This document shows, one piece after another, positions 36,842-49,772 of a DNA stretch of 64,000 nucleotides. This DNA is from Podarcis bocagei (taxonomy: Eukaryota), in the NCBI GenBank assembly GCA_964188305.1, contig OZ076895.1. The stretch is one strand, 5' to 3'. The notes beneath the pieces were generated by a model. It was given only the letters and a program-made list of their open reading frames with translations, had not been told where the DNA came from and did no database searches. Within the stretch, counting starts at the first letter, position 1, and every line of letters begins with the position of its first letter. The translations under genes and the position numbers were made by a program.

Positions 36842-37874
36842 TTTCCCCTTTTCTTTTTTCTGTAGCTGGGCAGGTGTTGACTTTCAGTGAGTGTTATGGC
36901 CTGCATCTCTCACTATTAATGCTTGTGTGTCTGAAGACTGGCTTATTGCTTGACTATAAATTCAGCTTAAATACACAGTTTCCTGTATTCCAATTTTACC
37001 CTATTACTAACAGATATATTGATGTTGTTGTTTAGTTGCAAAGGAGTTCAGAAACTTTCACTTCCTCTTTTGAATAGCCACAGCTTTCCATGTTGTCTGG
37101 ACCAAGAACTGATTAATCCTAACTATGGCAAGTGTTAGATAAACCAGCTTTAGAAACTATGATTTGAAGCTGGCTTGTTTGAAACTAGCTGTAGTTGCTA
37201 TTAACCACAGTTTATCAGGGCATATGACATGGCCAACTGTAGTGAAGCAAAAAGCTTCCAAACACTTCCTCCCAGTTACACGGGAGGAGGAGAGGATAGG
37301 GATGGAATGCTTGAGCGTGAGGCTTATTGCGATACATTCATTTATCACGCTGTGCTGTGGTTTAGCATGGCATATGTATATGGTGAATGCATCCGTGTTG
37401 GCAGATTACTTTGATGTTAATCTGCGGGCCTTACTACCTACCACAGTTCAGAGATGCTCCGTTCCTTGGATATGTATAAGAATATTGAGGAGCTGAAAAA
37501 CTAAACCCTAATCTGAATAGTTGAATTGACACTTCACTGGAAGCTAAGTACTACATCTGAATATAAACTTACTGAAAAACATAAGACTCATCTGTGCTAA
37601 TTGGAAACCTCTGATACCAGCATACTACTTAAAGTGGAAAATGTCACAGGGTTGTGTTATCTTTCCCAAATTGTCATATTAAACTTTTTTTAAAAAAAAT
37701 TATTAACATAGTTATATACTCGGGTTCCATCAGAGTAGACTCATTGAAGTTGATGAGCATGACTAATTTAGTTCCATTAATTTTAATGGGTTTTCTCTGA
37801 GTAAAACTTAATTGAATAAAACCATCAGTACCAAGTTCTAGTTAGTGGTTTCAAAGCAATGTGTCAGATGATGA

Positions 37875-37928
<54 letters not shown>
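37875..37928. repeat. (AAT)n microsatellite, ~18 units
   Basis: Perfect trinucleotide run. Confidence 0.95.
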
Positions 37929-37930
<2 letters not shown>

Positions 37931-40900
37931 AGAAGAAATGACCAGTTGCAAAATTTTGCATTAACTGTTTGAGGTAGCTCGTAAATACAGCAGAATTAAT
38001 TTTTTTATATGAGCCTAGACTTTCCCCTGATTAACATGTGCCATGCCAATGCCATAGAGGAGGCATGAGCTTTTATAGCTGAAAGTTGTCTCATTACTGT
38101 GAAACTGAAAATTTACCTTTGCAATTAACAGTAGCTAAAAAGAAATAAAACATGTATTTTCTACATGTCTGAATAGGCTTGCCTAAAGAAAAATACTTTA
38201 AGCAGGTGTCAAAATGACGGTTGTCAGTGTACCTTATTAGAGATACCTCATGCATTCTAGAATATGATCATATACATATCAAAACCCAATCCAAACAGAT
38301 CACACATGTATAATAATTTATTTTAAATGCAGTTTTGATTTTTCAAAGAATATGTTTATTAACTCTTGGCATTTGGTGCTTTGCAAAAAAAAATTAATAC
38401 AAAGCATTTTAATACAAAGTATTTTGATATTATGCATGGTGTAACCTTGCTTATTTGAGCAACTCGCAAGAACTCTTTTTCCTTTGTTTATTTATTTTGC
38501 CATTTATATCCTCCTTTCAATACAAAAAATCTCAAACTTACGGCATTTACAAATAAGAAATGAAGCACAACAAAATCCAGAACCACCCTAAGAATAACAA
38601 TGGGCTTTAAAAAGCATCATGAAAATCATTCAACAGCCAAACTGAAAAGTATTAAGTGTAAACAAGAACCCATTTAATAGCATGTTAAGGTGGAGCCAGT
38701 TCAATGTCTTTTGGGAAATTGTTCCATAGTCAGGGTACCGCAGCTGAAAACATCCCCTTCCTTTTTTATTTGCCAATAGACATGCAATAAGGACTCAGAA
38801 AGGGAGTGCAGAATTCATGTGAGGCGACAATTCCTGAGCTGCCTTGACTATTCAGGTTTTAGATGTCACAGTGATCACTGTCAATTTTGCCTGGAAGCCA
38901 ATGACATTGAGAAAACTGACCTGATGTGGTCTGTCCTGCCCAAACAAATGTCTGCCCTCAGCATCCTGAGCCAATTGAAGCTTCTAAGGGTAGCCTCACA
39001 TAAAGTACATTACAGTAAACCAACCTGGATGTAAGTCCTATTTAAGTCAGTGGGATTTTCTCCCAGATAAGTGAGGGTTAGAATTGCAGCCACTGGCATC
39101 AATGTCTTGGACCATGTTTGATTTCTTCAGGAAAACAATGCTGCTGGTGAACCTGAGTACCAGTATTGCCTGCCTATAGTACCTCCATCTTGTCTGGGTT
39201 TACATTCATCCTCTTCTACTTCCTAACTGTTATAGGCAAAAGGAAGAAGCCTCTAAGCCAACTTTTCTCAGGTGTTGTTGGGCTACAGTCCCCCATCGTC
39301 CCTGACCATTAGCCACACAGTGTCTTTGTAGTTCAACAACATCTCTTTTGTTCGAGATGGTGGGTCTGATTGTCAGGCTTCCAATTTTCTGAGGGCACAT
39401 GTCAAAAGTGCTTGGTTAAGCAAAGACAATTTTCCATCTTTGGGTGTGTGTTCTTTTCTGGCCAGATGATTGTTCGTGCCCTGGACCTAACAGTTAATCT
39501 TGTGGCATCACATCAGTGCCAGTCATTCTCATCCATCCGCTCCCCACGCTGTGCCTTTTCTAGTTCTGTAAAAAATATTGGGGGAACCATGGTGCAAAAA
39601 AGAAGAAAATAGTATTTAAGCTCTTGTATTCTTTCTCCATACTCAAAACCCGGGCTCTCTTTGTTCTTCACTCTTACAATTGTACCTACCTCATTAGGAA
39701 TTGGACTTGATATTGAAGCTTTCCCTTACCTTCAAGAGTTTAGTAAGAGCAGCAATAGTACCTAGTGCCTCTTGTCCCATTTTAAATCCAACATACCAGT
39801 ATTTTTCAAAGTAATATAGTGGGTTCCACAGGAAGATGTTGAGCCTATTTTTTCTGGTTTCTAAGGGGAAATTTAAAAGACAAGTTTTTCAGCTCCCGAG
39901 TGGAGTGGCAGTAAAATGTTCCATAAGGATGACTTTTTAAAAACTTGGATGATAATTTATCTGCTGACTAGATGCATATTGAAACTTCATAAACTTATAG
40001 CAGGTGTGGTAAGAGCATTATCATACCACTTGGAACAAAGCAGTGCCTATATAATGGGAATAGAAATAAAAGGCATGATGAGGCTCAGCAGATTGTCAGC
40101 TAAGTGAGCATTTAATACCTATTTATTTCAATAACATTGCCAGGTTCGCACAAATGCCACATATAGGCATATCTTATAACTTACTTACTTACTTACTTGC
40201 CTTATCTTACTTGCCTTATCTTCTTTTAAAAAAACAAAACACACAATTTTGTGTCTATGCTGGATTTTGAAATAGTGGACATGTCAGTTTCTAAGATATG
40301 CTCAGAGCTCAAGCCTGTCTGGAAATGAAGTCCTGTGGTATAACTGTCACTTCTGTCGACACTCTCCCACCCTTACTCCCAGATGTTTGGAGACAAGGGT
40401 GTAGTTGTGAAGAATGCTCTCTACACAATCTCTGAATCACTTTTCTTTGATACAACTCTGAAACCTGAGGCAGGACATCCAAAATGGGTTCCAGTGCCCA
40501 GGTCTGGTGAATCTTGCTTCAGTTAATGCACACCCAGGGCTGTGTGAACTGTACCCCACAAAAAGCTAATTACAAATTAAGTAAATATATGCATGCTTAT
40601 TTTACCTAGAGGAGCACCTATGAAAAACCCTTTTCTTCCATTAGCCCATGTGAGTGGCTTACTATGTGTTTTGAGTGGGCTTGACTTGACTAAATATGGT
40701 TTGTTTTGTTTTATATTTCACTTCTCAATGATTATAAAATAGTCAGTTGCTGCTGTGGATGGACCTTGAGTTCTAAACAGTTAGCCACATATTCAAGTCA
40801 CCAGCCTGCTTAGCAATATTTTAATATCAATTGGTTTATAAATGGTATTAAATAAACAAACCATTTGGCGTTTGCAGGAAAGGAGGACTATTTGTCTTTG

Positions 40901-40972
40901 AAGAGACTTTGTATTTAATATATTGTTATTTGTCAAGCATTGCACACTTTACTCTCTGTTTTTCTCTGACAG

Positions 40973-41059
40973 ATGCTACCAGACCTGAAGGCCGATAACC
41001 AGAGGCTAAAAGATGAAAATGGGGCCTTGATCAGAGTTATCAGCAAGCTTTCCAAATAA
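40973..41059 (+). CDS. PPP1R12A: MYPT1 terminal exon 26, coding part: MLPDLKADNQRLKDENGALIRVISKLSK* (leucine zipper, PKG1-alpha interaction)
   Basis: ctgacag| acceptor; canonical MYPT1 C-terminus; TAA at 41057-41059. Confidence 0.97.
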   Translation: MLPDLKADNQRLKDENGALIRVISKLSK

Positions 41060-43130
41060 AATTGTTTACTCCAGCTGCAAATCATGGGATTGCACATAAT
41101 TAGTATCTCCAGTGGACCATAGCATGGAAGTCACTGGAAGTCTGGGAAGATTTCTTGGAGACTGTCATTTTCAGATATTCTGCCAAATGCCCTCTTACCT
41201 GGGTGTGTGTTTTTTTTAACCAAGATCATTGTTTCATGTGTTAAAGCAGCTGCTGAGAAGACATAATGACTGAGAAATCTTGTTTACAGCTACTGCATAT
41301 AAGGAAAGTGTTCAAGGCCAGATAAGCCTCAGATATTTAACCAGTAAGCCTTAGTTGTACATAAACACATGCATCAAAAAAAGCTTTCTGCTACCACAGA
41401 CAGTTACTTTTATTTTGTTGTGTCACGGTTCCTGGTTTTTTTCTTCTTCTATCCTGCAGTTTTTCTCTCTTACATCTTAAGTTTGGATTTGTGTGTGTTT
41501 CCTTCTAATTATTCATATACCAGATTTTTTTGTTGTACAGTATTTTCACAGCTTTACATTTACACACCCCTTTAAAAATGCAACATGTAGCTAACTAAGC
41601 CTGTATTGTCCAGCCAGCCACCCCAAAACAGAGAGGTTTTGTGGAACCTTTGCTTTCACTGTTGTGCAATATGCATTATTTCCTATAAAAGATGCTTTAA
41701 AAGTCAGTTGCAAGTAGATTGGTTATTTTAAAACTCCTGTCTTCTGCCTTTATTGGTCACTTTTTAAAAGAAAAGAAAAAGGTTTGTAGTGCAAGTTGTT
41801 AGATCCTGTAACCATCACATTCATTTTAGCAGGTACTAAGTGATGCTGTATATATTAATGTATATTGTTTGGAGTTTTCAGACCACCACTTGACATGCTT
41901 GAATATATTTCCCTATTGCAATTGTGTGTTAAAACAAAAGAGGCTGCTCCACAGTAGTGTTTAACAAAGTCCATTTGGTTTAAATTTAGAAATTCTACTT
42001 TGTATGGAGTCAGTCTTTACAAAAAATTGAAACTAAAAACAATATTTTATCCCCTTCCATTTTTTATTTGAGTGATCACCCATAATAAAACTTAAGTATA
42101 ACTTCTTCACTACATTTCACATATCTGTGTTTGAGTGCTGTCTGAAACTGTTGTGCTAGCCAAAGTAATCTTTAAGTCATTTGAAAGCCCTAACCTATTC
42201 ATTTACGTGCACTGCTAATGCCATGTGAAGAGGCATCTAAGTTGATACCACCACGTTCAGACCATTTTATACATTTCAGTGGCCTTTTTAAAAGTACTCC
42301 AGTGAAGATAGCTTTTGTTAGAAAACAAACAGCTTTTATATTTTCACTAAAACCTACTAAATATAACCATCTTCTGGCCTACAGACTATTGCCTAAAAAC
42401 CACTGAACAGCTCAGCCATTAAAATAAATTGTATATTGTAAAGCTTGTAGTAGCTATTGTATTATTGATTATATTGTATACTATATTAAATGTGAATTTG
42501 TACCCCTTCATTTTAAAAGGTCATTGTGTTCTACTTCCTACTTCTTGGGGATGGGACTCACTTCATTTTGGGGTGGGCAAAAGAGAACAACTGTTTGGGG
42601 CAAGGAGGACGTGAGTCCTCTTCATAGGGTTGGGTGATTTGGGGAGGGGGGGAGGGAGGTTTTTTGAAGATGTAAGGTTTTGCTCTTACTACCAAGCTCA
42701 GGATTCTTGATTTTAAAGGTACAAGGATAGTTCTGGGATATCTTGTTACAGTAAGTCTGTATGAGTCATAAGTTTGAAGGTGGACATATTTCATGGTCTT
42801 AAGCTAATACAAACCAAGCAGAGAAAATATCCATCTGAATGGCTGCAACACGCTGCATAGTGTTGTTGAATTGTTAGGCATACTGTGGATTATATTTGGT
42901 CAAGTTTTGGATGCCTGTGAATGATTAAATGTGTATCTAATATTTTAGTGTTTTATATATAGGTTATTTATTCTTTAAAAACTGAATGGCTACTGTGTTA
43001 CGTTGATTTTATTGGTAGTATTGAGCAGACCTTGCATCTGCATGAAACTACTTGCAAAACCCACTATTTTGCAAAAAAAAAATGTATTTTGACATATACA
43101 AATAAAATGAATAAAACTATTTTAAATGTG
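41060..43130 (+). other. PPP1R12A: PPP1R12A 3' UTR (about 2.1 kb, AU-rich, no recognisable TEs); 3' end approximate
   Basis: Follows the stop codon; ends at tandem AATAAA; earlier AATAAA at 42084 and 42423. Confidence 0.7.
43101..43115 (+). terminator. Tandem polyadenylation signals of PPP1R12A (AATAAA 43101-43106 and 43110-43115)
   Basis: TGTA upstream (43083) and GU/U-rich sequence downstream. Confidence 0.7.
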
Positions 43131-45020
43131 TGGATTTTACTGAGAAGACATTTTAAACGTGAATTTGGTATTTAAATTCTTTGTGGGCATTTTTTTTATT
43201 GCTTCACTGGGATGCAAAGTACTTTTTCAGAGATTGTAATCAAATTGTGTTTGCACAGCTGTAAATGCAACAGTAAAAATGCCATATTTATGCAATCTGT
43301 AACAAAATTGAAAAATGTTTATATATTTTACATAAACCTGTCTGCATGGAGAAACTACATGGAAACCAGTTTTTTTATGTGTTGTGCCATGGTAAGAATG
43401 CATGATCTTAGAATGTTGCTTAACTCACTAGAATATTTTGTAGCTGAACATACCAGAGGCTTGATATAAATTCATTTAGCTACACTAGCAACTGCTCCTC
43501 TATCCCAGCACATGTTTTAATGTTAAGTTCAGATTTTCATTTAGTTTCCTGCTGGAAATAAGCTTGTGGTGTTTGGATACTGGACTATGAAAGAAGTGCT
43601 GAATCATCAGAGAAATGTCACTTGTTTGAGGACGCTGATTGCGGAACATGCAGTCAGTTTATCCCATGATGGAGTGCATTTACTGTTCTGGAGTTCAAGC
43701 AGTAATGAACATAGCTGAGATGTTAACTCTGTGGTTTTGGTTGCACATTAAAATAATGGCAAGGTGTAAACAGGACTTGAGGCAAAATGGGTTGAAGGAA
43801 GAATTGTGTTTCATAATCTGTCTTAACCTATGGGAAACCTAGAACTGGAATGTTGCTCCATCCTTGTTTTATGCACCTGCAACATTTCCTGAGGTAACAT
43901 CACTCTTCAATACCATATAAGATTCCTTTCTTCCTGTTTGTTTCCTCCTTATTTTTCTTGGCTTTTAAATGTTAGTTTTCCTATTTTCTTATATAATTTT
44001 AGAATAACTGAATATTTTATTTTTCCTGCTTGTACAACCTGGGGAAAAGAAGCCCCCCTTCACAGCCCCCTTTGTGGGTTTCTGCTGTGTGTGTGTGTGT
44101 GTGTTTGTGTGTGTGCATGCAAACGTGTGCTCAAGTCACAAAGGACATGGAAAAGCAAGGAGGACAGAAGATAGATAGGTAGGTCTCCTTTCTCTGAGGG
44201 GAAAGGACCAGGAGGAGTTGAAAGAAATAAGATAAAAGACTAATATTATTTGTTGTTATCAATAAACAGAGGAAAAAAGAAAGGTAAGCGAGGAAAGCAG
44301 TTATCGGAATAATTGAATATTAAAGGAACAGGAAGGAGAGATGCATAAAACTGGTAAGGTTTTTTTTTGCTGGGGATCAGAGTGGAGAAGTATAGTACAA
44401 GTTGAATGTGAAAGGAGAATGGAAGAAATTTCAGGAGATGGGTAAAAATACTTTGAGAGGCATTTAGAGTTTGGAATGGAAAACCCCTTTAAGCAAATTC
44501 TGCCGGTACTTCACTTGAAAGTTGAGGTGTGGAACTCCTTGTTGCAGGAAAAAGGCTATGACAAGTCAGCAATTTCGAAAAATGGATTTATCAGTAGAAA
44601 GCAATGTCAAGCAGCTGATGCTAGTTTGCGACTGGCTCTGCCCCTGCACCACCATTTTGTGACTGCTGTGGCTCCGTAGTTTTCAGCCCTCTCAAGTGGG
44701 CCTTGCAGGGTACAACCCTTGGTGTACACCAAATGCAGTAGGGGTTACTTCTGAGTAGACTTCCCACTATTGGGAGTTCTAATCTGACACACCTGTGGTG
44801 AATATTGAAACAGTGCAGTCTTGATTCTGGATTAGTTAATCCAGTATGCTTTTATTTATACTTATACCCACCATTAACATGCAACACCCCAACCACCAAC
44901 TCTGGAAGCAGTGTAAAGAATTGTAAACTGCTTCTTACATAAGTACTGTGTGCTCCCATGTGTAATATGTGTCTGATATTCTCAAAGAAAACTTTTTGGG
45001 GCGGGGGAATGATACCTTTT

Positions 45021-45166
45021 TAGGGTTGCCATATGTCCTCTCTTTTTCCAGGACACATCCTCTTTTTTATAGGTATGTAAAATTAGAGTCATCATAGTGA
45101 TCCATAGTTAAAAGTAGAAGTCTGCAAATGTGTCCTCTTTTTTGCTCTTCAAAATATGGCAACTCA
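45021..45166. mobile_element. Degenerate hAT-like MITE (TAGGGTTGCCA ends)
   Basis: tagggttgccatat ... atatggcaactca; no clear target duplication. Confidence 0.55.
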
Positions 45167-47536
45167 GCTTCATAGCCACAGAACGGCTTATAGATATAGA
45201 TTTGTGTTGGTTGTGCTGAAGGGATTTTATCAGAATGAATAAAGTGCCCTTTTCCTGTTTTGATGACTTCTAGGTTTGGAATTTGGGCATAAAAGTGTCT
45301 ACTCTCTCCTGGAGCATATTTTATACTACATCTGAATATTTATTTGCTCTTTAACATTTAAAAAGGAAGTAACATTCTAATCTCTTAGACTGAAAAAGTG
45401 TTTGATATTCCTCTTGTAGAATATGCATCTGTGGGAATGGGAGATAACAAGTGACCAGCCCAGTAACCAATTCCTATGCGGATTTACTTTGGAGTGAGTT
45501 GCATTCAATTTGCTCTTGTCTCAGGTCCCATTGTCCATATTCTCCTGCTGCTTCACCCTTGTGTCACCCACTTCAAAGAATTGTAGAATTATAGAGTTGG
45601 AAGGGACCCATTCGTTGACTTTCCCCAATCACACAAATTTCCAAAATTTATTCCAGTTGCAGAATGTGGGTGATGGAGCAAAAACTGACATTTTCAGGGG
45701 AAAAAACAGAGCACATAATCTAGTTTCACTGTGTACGTTAAGAAGACTGAAAATCTCATGGTGGGGAATCTTACCTGCATTTTCCAAAGAAATTAAACCA
45801 GATGGATTGCACCTGTGCATTATGCACAGCAATGCATTCCAGAGCAGAGTAACTGCTCATTTCTTAAGCAAATTGAACCATAATTCCCCACACAGGGAAG
45901 AGATGTTAGGTTTATTATTATTATTGTTATTATTATTATTATTATTATACCAACTAAAGGGATTACAGTATTCCAGTGGAGCGGAAGTGGACAAGAAGTC
46001 TCACACACACTGCTGTGTGATGTGGGAATGTTATGCTGGGCAGTATGCCTGCTGATAAATGAGATGCTCAGAACATAAGGTCATAATCTTTTCTGCGGAG
46101 GGAAGCTCTTGCCTTATGTAGAGAAAAACAGTTAATAGGCATGAATGTTCCACGATCTAAAACCAGTCTAGCAACCCTTGAGTGATATAAAATAAACAAA
46201 AAGTGCTTCTAAAAGCACCACACTAGAGCTACAGAAAGAAGGAAATACCATTCTTCTTATCACTCTTAAGTGAAACTTTACATTTTGCTGGTCTTTAAAT
46301 AACTAACTTTTCTCTTAAATAGCATTGCTTATTGTACAGTAGTGAGCAAAAGTCATTTTGTGACTTTTTCCCCTTTAACCTTATCTGCGAAGAGGGGTGC
46401 ATATGTGTAGGTTATCAGTCTTAAGAAGCTGAGGGGGAAATAGAGCATTAGGATAATACCATAAGCAACATTTATGAATGTATAATGTCAGGCACACAAT
46501 TTTAAAGGAATCCAAGTTTCGTCAATGAATGGAAGGGGGGAGGGCTACTGCTAAAATCACTGAACCAGCTGATCCCAATTATGACATCCCTGCATTTTAA
46601 GCTAGTGCTGATTAGATATAAAAAATGTATATGACTCTTACTACCTTTGTATGGTCACCTGTTGGATGGGTTGAAAGAACAATTTGGCTTTGCAGCCCTC
46701 GTAAATTGGTGCTCATCTCCCAAAAAGACTTGGGGGTTATAATAGTTAAGAACTACTATCCATTGTATATTATATTGCTGCATAAAATGCTCATCAGCAA
46801 GGCTAATGTGAAGTTCATTTTGCCTTGGGAGGACAAGCTCATTTGTACTTAAAATGTGATGCATGGAAATACGTTGAAACCAGAACACAAATTTTATTGC
46901 ATCATTTATTTATTTTTAATCCACAGTGCCTTTGCTTTTATGATTTTCAAAGGCAGCTATGCTGGTCCATAAGCAGGAGGGAATTCAACAGTCCATTTTG
47001 GTGTTAAGACCATCTAATACAAATAGTATATATCCAATCAAATGTGGTGTCTTGAAATCAGATATGTTGCATTTAGTAACCCGGATGCTGCAGCAAACTG
47101 TCCCACTTCTTTTAAATCTTCAGTTTTACTCTCAGTATATTAATAGTGAAGAGCTTGCTACAGGGACCAGTTAAGAGCACAAGGAATCTCCAAACCATTA
47201 ACCAGGAGGCCATTTAAACTCCCCCTGGCACTACAACTAGTGACACTCTGGGAAGTGAGTGGTGAAGAAATACTTCTCACTTATGCCATAGTCTGATGGT
47301 GATGACAAATGATGGTCTTTCTATTGGACTGCAGCCACTATGGACTGAGTAGCTACATGGCATAGAATTTTAATTCAATCTTCTACCACAAGGTGTGAAA
47401 CTTACACGGAAATTGAATTTTAATAAATGGTCCTAGTTGGGCAAGACCAGTATGTGATTGTTTTCTTGGATTGTTCTTGGTTTTAGGCTTAAACTGGAGC
47501 AGGAGCTTGTAGTTTTGCATACCTGACATAAAAATT

Positions 47537-47656
47537 CATAGAATTGTAGACCAAATGATCCAACCCCCTGCAATGTAGGAATATGCAGCTTTCCCATATG
47601 GGGATCAAACTTGCAACCTTGACATTATCAGCACTATGCTCTAACCAACTGAGCTA
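47537..47656 (-). mobile_element. tRNA(Ile)-like-headed SINE with CR1-derived tail
   Basis: Minus strand tagctcagttggttagagc...gcaagtttgatcccc (A/B boxes) followed by a CR1-type ggttgga..attctatg tail. Confidence 0.7.
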
Positions 47657-49620
47657 CAGAGAACACACAACTTTCTAAAATAGATTGTAGATGTGACGTC
47701 CTGCCTAGTCACATGGTATGGAGTACCTTCTCTGTTCCAGCTTGCTAGTTACATTAAAAAACAAACACACACACTTTTCTAAGTCAGCACTGCTGTGGTC
47801 ACTGCCGGAATGTTGTATGGTTTTGAAAACGAGCTGTTTCCTATTAAATCTCTCTGGATTAATATGTTATGTATGCTGTGAAGGAGTCTGAGAAACCTGA
47901 CATTATGTTTGTCTTCTGGTATACATCCTGCTCCTGCCTGTTTTTAAGAGTGGATGAAATCTTAACTGCTGCTGGTAGGGTTTGGTTTGTTTGTTTTTAA
48001 GTGAAAGTGCTTATTTGGCTTCAAATTGTAGCAGGGCTGAAATAGTCATGTTACAGCAAGGCATTCTCGCTAGGACACGCATTAGATTTGGGAAGTAATT
48101 TTAAATTCAGACAGCAGGTGGCACCCATGAGCCTTTCCAAGTCATAGTTTCACAGCAAGGGCCTTTTCTAAGCAAAACCTTACATTGTATTTGCATATCT
48201 AATAACAAAATAGTTTATCTCAATAACAGCTTTTAATTAATATAGCTCTCTAGGTTGAATGTATTGAAATTAATGGATCATTAACAGGTTACTGAGCTTT
48301 CAAAGTAGTTGCAATGAAATATAATATACCCTCTAGCAAACATAAGATGCAGAATTAATATAAGTGCCACTATCCCACTCCTTGATGATCCTCTTCTGAA
48401 AATATTTTTATAAAGTCTCACTGGAAAGTTATTTGATATATGCTGCAATATTTCAGCCTAAGTTTATATGCCTGCTGTCATACATATGATGAAGCAGGCT
48501 TAGAAATGTCATAACATTTTTTGCTGTTAAAAGAATAATACTGTTGTTTCATATCCTTATGTTCACATATCTCTGAGCCCCATTTCAACTACCAGGGTTT
48601 ATTTCAGCACAATCCTGCATCAACACTAAGCTGTTTTGGAGACTGCACTACACAGGGAGTACAGAGGCATGGACTTGTTTCATAAACGATAGATACATTA
48701 GCAGCAGTTACTCTCTTTGTCATTGCAGAGACCTGTAATATCAGAATACTGGTCTCTCAAGACGTTCCTTTACCAAAAAGACAGCTGGTTGTTTTTTGTT
48801 TTTTAATGTGCCATGTTGCTTTTGAGATTTCCCATAATGGACCATGGGTTGGGCTAGCTGATGAGAAAAGCAAGCAGAGACAGATGCACAAAGGTAGGAG
48901 AAAAATAGTAGCGCCTTGAGATATTTGGACAGTAAGCAGTCTATAAATGCAAATAGTAAAAAAAAGAATAAGCTTTGTAGCAGTTCAGTCTACCTTGGGT
49001 AACCTGACCTACATATTAAACTTTTCTCAAGCTCTAAATTGTTGTCAGGTTGTTGTGCAGCATATTGATTTTTATGCTTTTTACTGGTGTTTGAAACAGG
49101 TTGCCTGCTGGCTGAGCTGTTCATGTGTTGTGTTGTTTTCTCCATCTGATAAAGCTAGCCACCTCAGAGGAGCCCCTGAAGGAAAAAAGATGCACCTACT
49201 TTCCCCTATGCAATGCAGCTAGTACGATCCAGCTTTCTAGAGTATATGGTTATAATGGAACAGTTCTGGTTACAATGGCAGTGTTGTGGTTTCACTTCCA
49301 TGCTGAGTCATTGAAAGAATTTTGAGTGCTTGTGCCAGCCATTGGGTGCAACCAAGATACTTCCATTCTATCAGAGTGGTGGTCATATTCCTTCCATTGC
49401 TTTAATGTAAAGAAGTAGTATACCAGTCTCTGTAACTGAGTATCTTCACTTACTATCTTTTCTCTTTCCTTCTTTCTTTTGACAACATTGCTCACATTCC
49501 AGGTTCCCTGATGGAGCCACTACTTCATTGTACGCTCCATTACTAAAACCAATGTCCTTTTAATTTCAGAGGCTCCAAACTATATAAAAATGAAGGGGCT
49601 GTCTTTAGTTTTATTTCATC

Positions 49621-49772
49621 CAGTGCTTTTTTTCTTAAAAAAATGTTTAGGGGTATGGTACTCTCATTTTCCTACTCATATTGAAATACTGCCCCTCAAT
49701 GAGGCAAGACTTAGATTCACAAAATGTTTAGGGGTATGCGTAACCCTGCGTCTCCCCAGAAAAAAAGCACTG
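49621..49772. mobile_element. hAT MITE, 152 bp
   Basis: TIR cagtgctttttttct / agaaaaaaagcactg; 8-bp duplication atttcatc / gtttcatc. Confidence 0.85.

Noticed and set aside
45510-46055. 181-aa intergenic ORF
   Set aside because: Non-ATG start, runs through a CR1 tail fragment and a (TTA)n microsatellite giving poly-Leu; no domain
47590-47656. tRNA-like sequences here and at 57760-57819
   Set aside because: Stems are degenerate and both are joined to CR1-like tails, so they are SINE heads rather than tRNA genes
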